Assembly (NCBI GenBank): GCA_964445885.1
Contig: CAYUPV010000005.1
Span: forward strand, 1 to 32,000
Source: an uncultured Methylococcales bacterium
GTDB lineage: Bacteria; Pseudomonadota; Gammaproteobacteria; Methylococcales; Methylothermaceae
Direction: 5' to 3'
Length of the DNA: 32,000 nucleotides
The notes under the pieces: model-generated
Seen by the model: only the letters and a program-made list of their open reading frames with translations
What the model was told of the DNA's origin: nothing
Databases searched by the model: none
Position numbers and translations under genes: made by a program
Shown: one piece after another, positions 28,978-32,000 of the stretch
How positions within the stretch are numbered: position 1 is the stretch's first letter
How the letters are laid out: every line of letters starts with the position of its first letter

Positions 28978-30093
28978 TTATCCTCCCCTCAATCTCCGCA
29001 TGATTCTGTGCAACAGGCCTCCGGAATGCCTGGCCGGCTCTGGCATTGGAGGTGGTGCAGGTTCCTTATCGACCCGCTCAATCAGACCCACTGCCCGCGC
29101 CGCACTGATGAAGCCGAAGACATCCGCTGGCGGCAACTTGAGAACTTTCACCGCCGCCAGAGGCGTCATGGGGCGTTGATATAACAGCGATGCAATCTGC
29201 AATGCCGGTGCCGGACACCACAGTCGTGTCAGATTGGGCCAGCGTTTCAGGCGAATTGGCTGCGAAGCCTTGACGCCTCTGGGAAGCCGGCCGGCAGAAT
29301 TCCACCATGACACCTTCCAGAGAAACGCATTCATTCTCTGACTGGGTTCAGGAATCCCCTGCATCCCAACCTTGGGGTCAGGGGTGATCGTAGGGCCGGA
29401 AGCCAGTTCACCCGTCAATTGAGAAAACCTTCTGATCGGCAGGTGGCAAAATGCCTGGAGTTTCTTGTCATCGGAATCCACCCAGACCAATCGCTTATGA
29501 GGGAAGACATAGATGGGTTCCCAGCCCGTATCAATTCGCAAAGTGATTCCAGTGGTCACCGCCTGACGATAGGCTTTGATCAGCAACCCCTGCAGATACT
29601 CGACCGGTTCGTAATACTTGGCCGAGAAAGAAGTCACTGAATGGACAATCCTTTCTTGTGCCTTATGCTTGGCGGCGACATTCATAGCCGCCTCGTGCAG
29701 CCGCTTTCCCTGTTTCTCCTTCTTCGCAACCACGATCTTGAGATCCTGTTGCTGATTCAGCTGCTCCAATTGATGTTGCGGATTCCGTACCTTCTCCAGG
29801 GTATCGGCCAGGATCCGGGTCTGCAGGGGTTTTTTGAGCCAGATACCCTCTTCGTATGAGGGTTCATTGATCGCCAGGAGAATGACTCGCTGGTCCGGGC
29901 GTTGTTGGCGCTGATGACGCAGCAGATCTTCAGAACCATAGCCATCGAGATCGATGATACAGACATCGGCTTGGTCGGCCTCCACCAGCATCCCGGAATG
30001 ATAGTCCTTTTCCACAAATTGCAGCAGGAGATCATGGAATCGGGTTGACTGTCCCAGAACTGCGATTTTCAAAGGCGTCTTATTCATTGTCAT
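28978..30093 (-). CDS. Atypical receiver (pseudo-REC) domain protein with an uncharacterised central region and a winged-helix-like C-terminus, 371 aa
   Basis: The N-terminal (beta-alpha)5 pattern is KIAVLG / DVCIIDLD / RVILLA / LKKPL. It lacks the acidic pair after beta1 (LGQS instead of DD) and the T/S after beta4. A Gln-rich linker follows. The C-terminal PALQIASLLYQRPMTPLAAVKVLKLPPADVFGFISAARAVGLIERV resembles an HTH or winged helix. The ATG abuts the upstream gene stop (TGAATG). Confidence 0.55.
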   Translation of the reverse strand: MTMNKTPLKIAVLGQSTRFHDLLLQFVEKDYHSGMLVEADQADVCIIDLDGYGSEDLLRHQRQQRPDQRVILLAINEPSYEEGIWLKKPLQTRILADTLEKVRNPQHQLEQLNQQQDLKIVVAKKEKQGKRLHEAAMNVAAKHKAQERIVHSVTSFSAKYYEPVEYLQGLLIKAYRQAVTTGITLRIDTGWEPIYVFPHKRLVWVDSDDKKLQAFCHLPIRRFSQLTGELASGPTITPDPKVGMQGIPEPSQRMNAFLWKVSWWNSAGRLPRGVKASQPIRLKRWPNLTRLWCPAPALQIASLLYQRPMTPLAAVKVLKLPPADVFGFISAARAVGLIERVDKEPAPPPMPEPARHSGGLLHRIMRRLRGG

Positions 30094-30777
30094 TCAAAGA
30101 CCTTGTGCTTTAAACCATTCAGCCGTCTCCCGCCATGCGGAATCCGAAATCCCTTTCGCTTCGAGATGCCCATAACTACACCAAAATCTTTCGGCTTCAT
30201 TGGTTGCCTGGTAAATCTCCAGCAACTCTTGACGAACCACCGTGATCTCCGGCGTTTGGATCAGTACGTCCTCCAACATTTCCATGGCCTGGTCTAATTG
30301 TCCGGCCTCGAGACATTCCTTAGCCACCACCACCTGATCATAGGAAGAACTTTTATCACCTGGGAGCTCATTCAGGAACAGCACCTCTCCCCAGACCCCC
30401 TCTTGAAACAATGAGCTGGGTGAGAAGGGGATACTCTGTAAAGTCAACTGCCCAACAAGATATCGGTGCAGCGTTTCTTGATATTCGGTTGGCAGCCATT
30501 TTCGGGCAGCCATAAGCATCCGCTGTTGTAGCGGCCGTCCTCTGTTTTTCAGTATCCATAACAGGTCAACCAGGGATCCGAATACCGCCTCGCCATTATG
30601 GAAGGCAGCCGCCTTGATCCGACAGACATGGAGGGCCAGATTTTCGGGCTTTCGCCCTACCTGCCTGGTCAAAAAGTCGTAGGATTGCTGTTTTAGGCTT
30701 TCAGGTACCTGCAAAGCCAAAAAGTCATCTAGATGAAACGCTGGCTCTGCCCGCCAGACATCTGGACTTATCGCCAT
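30094..30777 (-). CDS. Hypothetical helical protein with a TPR-like C-terminus, 227 aa; first gene of the GTPase operon
   Basis: This is the only plausible part of track ORF 30094..31767. From MAISPDVWRAEP onward the sequence is protein-like, with a TPR-like VVAKECLEAGQLDQAMEMLEDVL. There is no in-frame ATG, GTG or TTG between 30777 and the U32 stop. No clear SD precedes the ATG, so the start is uncertain. Confidence 0.55.
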   Translation of the reverse strand: MAISPDVWRAEPAFHLDDFLALQVPESLKQQSYDFLTRQVGRKPENLALHVCRIKAAAFHNGEAVFGSLVDLLWILKNRGRPLQQRMLMAARKWLPTEYQETLHRYLVGQLTLQSIPFSPSSLFQEGVWGEVLFLNELPGDKSSSYDQVVVAKECLEAGQLDQAMEMLEDVLIQTPEITVVRQELLEIYQATNEAERFWCSYGHLEAKGISDSAWRETAEWFKAQGL

Positions 30778-30796
30778 AGGACACTGGACATGTTGT

Positions 30797-30827
30797 TTTA
30801 TACCTTGATAAGCATAGCAGCTGTCAA
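30797..30827 (-). promoter_or_regulatory. Candidate sigma70-type promoter for the GTPase operon
   Basis: The minus strand reads TTGACA-N19-TATAAA in the 145-bp gap after the U32 gene. The spacer is long, and the -10 element ends only 19 nt before the ATG, which would imply a very short leader. Confidence 0.3.
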
Positions 30828-30922
30828 CAAGATAAATAGGGAGGGAGAGGAAATTCGATATAGTTGTGAATCCTGGCCACCTTTGGGAGGGTAATGCCCA
30901 CCTGGAGCCAGGTTTGAAGCCT

Positions 30923-32000
30923 TTATAGGTAGCGCGCCAGCAGATCGAATCTACTTGCCTTGACGACCGGCAGCCGGATCTGCCACCCTCCCCCAGGTGC
31001 CTCCTCAAGAGGCCTGCCTTCCATGTCTTCCATATACTCCACCGTTTGATCGAAGTTGCCCTTAGGGGAGATCCATTCGATCCGATCGCCCAGGCATAGC
31101 TTGTTCTTGACCAGAACGCTTGCCATACCGGATTCAGCATCGAAGTCATCGACTTCGCCGACGAACTGTTGTCGATGGCTACGGGAGGCCTCTTGGAGAT
31201 AATTCTGGTATTCGTGACTGTGATGACGCTGATAAAAACCATCGGTGTAACCACGATTGGCAAGGTTCTCAAGGATTCCCAACAATTGGGGATCGAAGCG
31301 CTTTCCCGCCAACGCGTCGTCGATGGCCTGCCGATAGACCTGGGCGCTACGGGCCACATAATAATGTGACTTGGTCCTGCCTTCGATTTTGAGGCAGTTG
31401 ACCCCGATCTCCACCAGCCGTTGCACGTGCTCGACGGCGCGAAGGTCCTTGGAATTGAGAATATAGGTACCGTGTTCGTCCTCAAGAATGGGCATGTATT
31501 CTCCGGGACGACCAGGATCGCTGAGCAGATATTCCTTGTCGGCAGCCGGATGGCGCTCGACGCCTCCCGCATCGGCAGGCTGGACTGCATATTTCCAGCG
31601 GCAGGCATTGGTGCAGGTCCCCTGATTGGGATCACGGCGGTTGAAATACCCCGACAACAGGCATCTGCCAGAATAAGCGATGCAAAGAGCACCATGGACA
31701 AACACTTCCAGCTCCATGTCGGGGCAGCGCTGACGTATCTCCTGGACCTCTTCCAGGGACAGTTCACGCGACAGGATCACCCGCTCGATACCGATTCCCT
31801 GCCAGAAGCGGACCGCCGCATGGTTCATGGTATTGGCCTGGACCGACAGGTGAATCGGTATCCCGGGCCAGGTTTCCCGTACCAGTAGAATCAACCCTGG
31901 ATCCGCCATGATCAGAGCATCGGGTCCCATGGCGATGATAGGCTCAAAATCCCGAATGAAAGTCTGGACCTTGCTGTGATGGGGCAGGACATTGCCCGCC
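30923..32000 (-). CDS. Peptidase U32 family protein (YegQ/TrhP-like); the N-terminus lies beyond the window end
   Basis: U32 core motifs are present: VQANTMN, ERVILSRELSLEE, EVFVHGALCIAYSGRCLLS, QGTCTNACRW. The frame stays open upstream of the track start, with 31931-32000 encoding ...GNVLPHHSKVQTFIRDFEPIIA. Confidence 0.85.
   Translation of the reverse strand, partial: AGNVLPHHSKVQTFIRDFEPIIAMGPDALIMADPGLILLVRETWPGIPIHLSVQANTMNHAAVRFWQGIGIERVILSRELSLEEVQEIRQRCPDMELEVFVHGALCIAYSGRCLLSGYFNRRDPNQGTCTNACRWKYAVQPADAGGVERHPAADKEYLLSDPGRPGEYMPILEDEHGTYILNSKDLRAVEHVQRLVEIGVNCLKIEGRTKSHYYVARSAQVYRQAIDDALAGKRFDPQLLGILENLANRGYTDGFYQRHHSHEYQNYLQEASRSHRQQFVGEVDDFDAESGMASVLVKNKLCLGDRIEWISPKGNFDQTVEYMEDMEGRPLEEAPGGGWQIRLPVVKASRFDLLARYL

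Noticed and set aside
30778-31767. N-terminal 330 residues or so of the 557-aa track ORF 30094..31767
   Set aside because: The composition is low-complexity and not protein-like. It is fully overlapped in another frame by the strongly supported U32 peptidase gene. I treat it as an open-frame artefact upstream of the real 227-aa gene.

Overview
This is a 32-kb chromosomal window with gammaproteobacterial character: moderate GC and the synteny blocks cvpA-purF-metZ, ftsK-lolA-rarA and trxB-aat-bpt. I support 31 protein-coding genes. Two are cut by the window edges, and one 54-codon gene is absent from the ORF track. I also support three intrinsic terminators, one weak candidate promoter, one intergenic hairpin element and a chromosome dimer-resolution site. 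Two things stand out. (1) The window appears to contain the replication terminus. There is a near-canonical 28-bp XerC/XerD dif site at 6157-6184, 24/28 identical to E. coli dif as I recall it, with a perfect XerD arm and central hexamer. FtsK-orienting GGGNAGGG octamers switch strand at that point, and 11 of the 12 I found by eye point toward it. A 276-aa protein that matches the Tus replication-terminator protein motif by motif ends only 16 bp from dif. (2) A tightly coupled seven-gene minus-strand operon (26109-30777) is built around an MglA/conservon-type small GTPase (TxxGQ switch II). It also encodes two Roadblock/LC7-type proteins, a pseudo-receiver protein, a helical TPR-like protein, a stand-alone Aer-type PAS domain and a signal-peptide-less PhnD-fold binding protein. 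I cannot match this combination to any characterised GTPase/Roadblock system, and it is my best candidate for an undescribed signalling system. Other notable genes are a membrane-anchored dynamin-like GTPase, a PPi-type phosphofructokinase and an FNR homologue. Most long opposite-strand ORFs in the track are shadow ORFs. The 557-aa track ORF 30094..31767 is a chimera of a real 227-aa gene and an out-of-frame read through the U32 peptidase gene. I saw no tRNA, rRNA, CRISPR array, IS element or integrase.
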